Below the pieces are notes generated by a model. It was given only the letters and a program-made list of their open reading frames with translations. It was not told where the DNA came from and did not search any database. Shown here one piece after another: positions 30,524-32,000 of a stretch of 32,000 bases of DNA (position 1 is its first letter; every line of letters starts with the position of its first letter). Made by a program: the position numbers and the translations under genes. The stretch lies in sequence record OZ262643.1; one strand, 5' to 3'.

Positions 30524-32000
30524 CTAATTTATGATACTAGAATACGAAGAATACTCTATATTTGTTAACGATGTGTTTTGTTCAGAAGGTGGAACTATTT
30601 GCCAAAACATCGGTAAATAATATTGCCAACTATCAAGTATCCTTCTAGCTTTAAAACTTTTAGTTTTAATTTCATACAATTCAATTGTACTTAATAGTTG
30701 CTCTTCAGCTTCTTTAGTAATAATTCTTTGAACTTGAACTATCTCAGAATTCATTTTCAAGATTAATTCTTCATTTTCATCCAAAAAGTAAGCTAATCCT
30801 CCGGTCATCCCAGCACCAATATTTCTACCAAATTGACCTAAAACAATTACAAGACCACCTGTCATATATTCACAAGCATGGTCACCAACACCTTCAATCA
30901 CTGTTTGAGCAGATGAATTACGAACAGCAAATCTTTCTCCGGCTTGGCCATTCACAAATAAATAACCTCCAGTAGCACCATATAAGCAAGTATTTCCTAT
31001 GATAACATAGTCAGAAGCATCATGTTTATTTTCTACAGGAGGTACAATAACTATTTCACCACCGTTCATACCTTTACCAACATAATCGTTAGCTTCACCT
31101 GTTAAATTCAAATGCATACCATTACATATAAAGCAACCAAAACTCTGACCAGCAACTCCTTGAAAATTCACTTGTAAGTTACCAGAAAAATTTTGCTGAC
31201 CGAATTGTTTAGTAATAATACCAGAAATTCTAGCACCAACACAACGATCCGTGTTTTTTATTGAGAGAGTCTTAGTTACATCTAATTGATGATCGATAGC
31301 GTATAAGAGATTATAATTAATCAATAAACTGTCATCTAAAACTTTACCATTACTATGTATATTATTATGAAAACTTAATACATGATTAATATTAGAATTT
31401 TTAAGCAAAATATCTAAATTAAGATTAGATGTTTTCGTTATGTTAGTATAATCACAAGCTAACAGATTTTTTCTGCCTATAACATCTTTTAAGCTTCGAT
31501 ATCCTAACTCAGCTAAAACCTCTCTCACTTCTTGAGCAATAAAAATAAAAAAATTCACTAAATCGGCGGGAATACCTGGATAACGATTACGTAAATCTTG
31601 CCTCTGTGTGGCAACACCAACTGGACAGTTGTTAGTGTGGCAAATTCTTGCCATAACACATCCTGTCGCAATCATAGCAATAGTACCAAAACCAAATTCC
31701 TCTGCACCCATTAAGGCAGATAAAATAATATCTTTTCCTGTCCTTAGACCACCATCAACCCTTAATATTACCCTATCTCTTAGATTATTTTCAACTAGAG
31801 TTTCATGAACTTCAGTTAAACCTAATTCCCATGGTACACCTGCATGCTTAATTGAACTTAATGGGGAAGCTCCTGTACCACCATCATGACCGGAAATCTG
31901 TATTACATCAGCATTACCTTTAGCTACACCAGCAGCAATTGTCCCAATACCAACAGATGCAACTAACTTAACAGATATTTGAGCTCCAGGATTAATTTGA
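30524..32000 (-). CDS. gltB: Ferredoxin-dependent glutamate synthase (GOGAT). The 3' part lies in this window and the gene continues beyond position 32000.
   Basis: The frame stays open to the window edge. Hand translation upstream of the track's internal Met gives …[105 protein letters not shown]… (FMN domain), followed by the C-terminal GXGXG beta-helix domain. Confidence 0.95.
   Translation of the reverse strand, partial: QINPGAQISVKLVASVGIGTIAAGVAKGNADVIQISGHDGGTGASPLSSIKHAGVPWELGLTEVHETLVENNLRDRVILRVDGGLRTGKDIILSALMGAEEFGFGTIAMIATGCVMARICHTNNCPVGVATQRQDLRNRYPGIPADLVNFFIFIAQEVREVLAELGYRSLKDVIGRKNLLACDYTNITKTSNLNLDILLKNSNINHVLSFHNNIHSNGKVLDDSLLINYNLLYAIDHQLDVTKTLSIKNTDRCVGARISGIITKQFGQQNFSGNLQVNFQGVAGQSFGCFICNGMHLNLTGEANDYVGKGMNGGEIVIVPPVENKHDASDYVIIGNTCLYGATGGYLFVNGQAGERFAVRNSSAQTVIEGVGDHACEYMTGGLVIVLGQFGRNIGAGMTGGLAYFLDENEELILKMNSEIVQVQRIITKEAEEQLLSTIELYEIKTKSFKARRILDSWQYYLPMFWQIVPPSEQNTSLTNIEYSSYSSIIN

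Overview
This window is an AT-rich fragment (roughly 70-75% A+T by eye) of a red-algal (Rhodophyta) plastid genome. Diagnostic content: form ID RuBisCO with its activase-like partner (rbcL-rbcS-cbbX); a phycobilisome cluster (apcF, cpcG, nblA/ycf18, cpeB-cpeA); sufB-sufC, gltB, accA, ilvH, trxA, ccsA, cemA; psaC/K/L, psbI, petL; and several ycf genes (ycf4, 20, 22, 23, 34, 39, 58-like). By hand I also found 7 tRNA genes, a plastid tmRNA (ssrA), and small genes missing from the ORF track (psbI, petL, nblA, ycf20, and the 5' end of sufC). I see no prokaryotic defence island, CRISPR array or transposase. The observations worth a second look are: (1) a canonical group II intron with a degenerate intron-encoded ORF that splits the anticodon loop of a tRNA with anticodon CAU, and that tRNA has a class II (long variable arm, Ser-like D arm) body; (2) two conserved genes, ycf20 and ycf22, each interrupted by a single frameshift inside a 9-10 nt homopolymer; (3) two unusually long ORF-poor stretches (about 2.35 kb and 1.33 kb) in an otherwise compact genome; (4) two large unassigned ORFs of 478 aa and 267 aa. 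All calls come from reading the sequence and recalling protein families. No database search was run.
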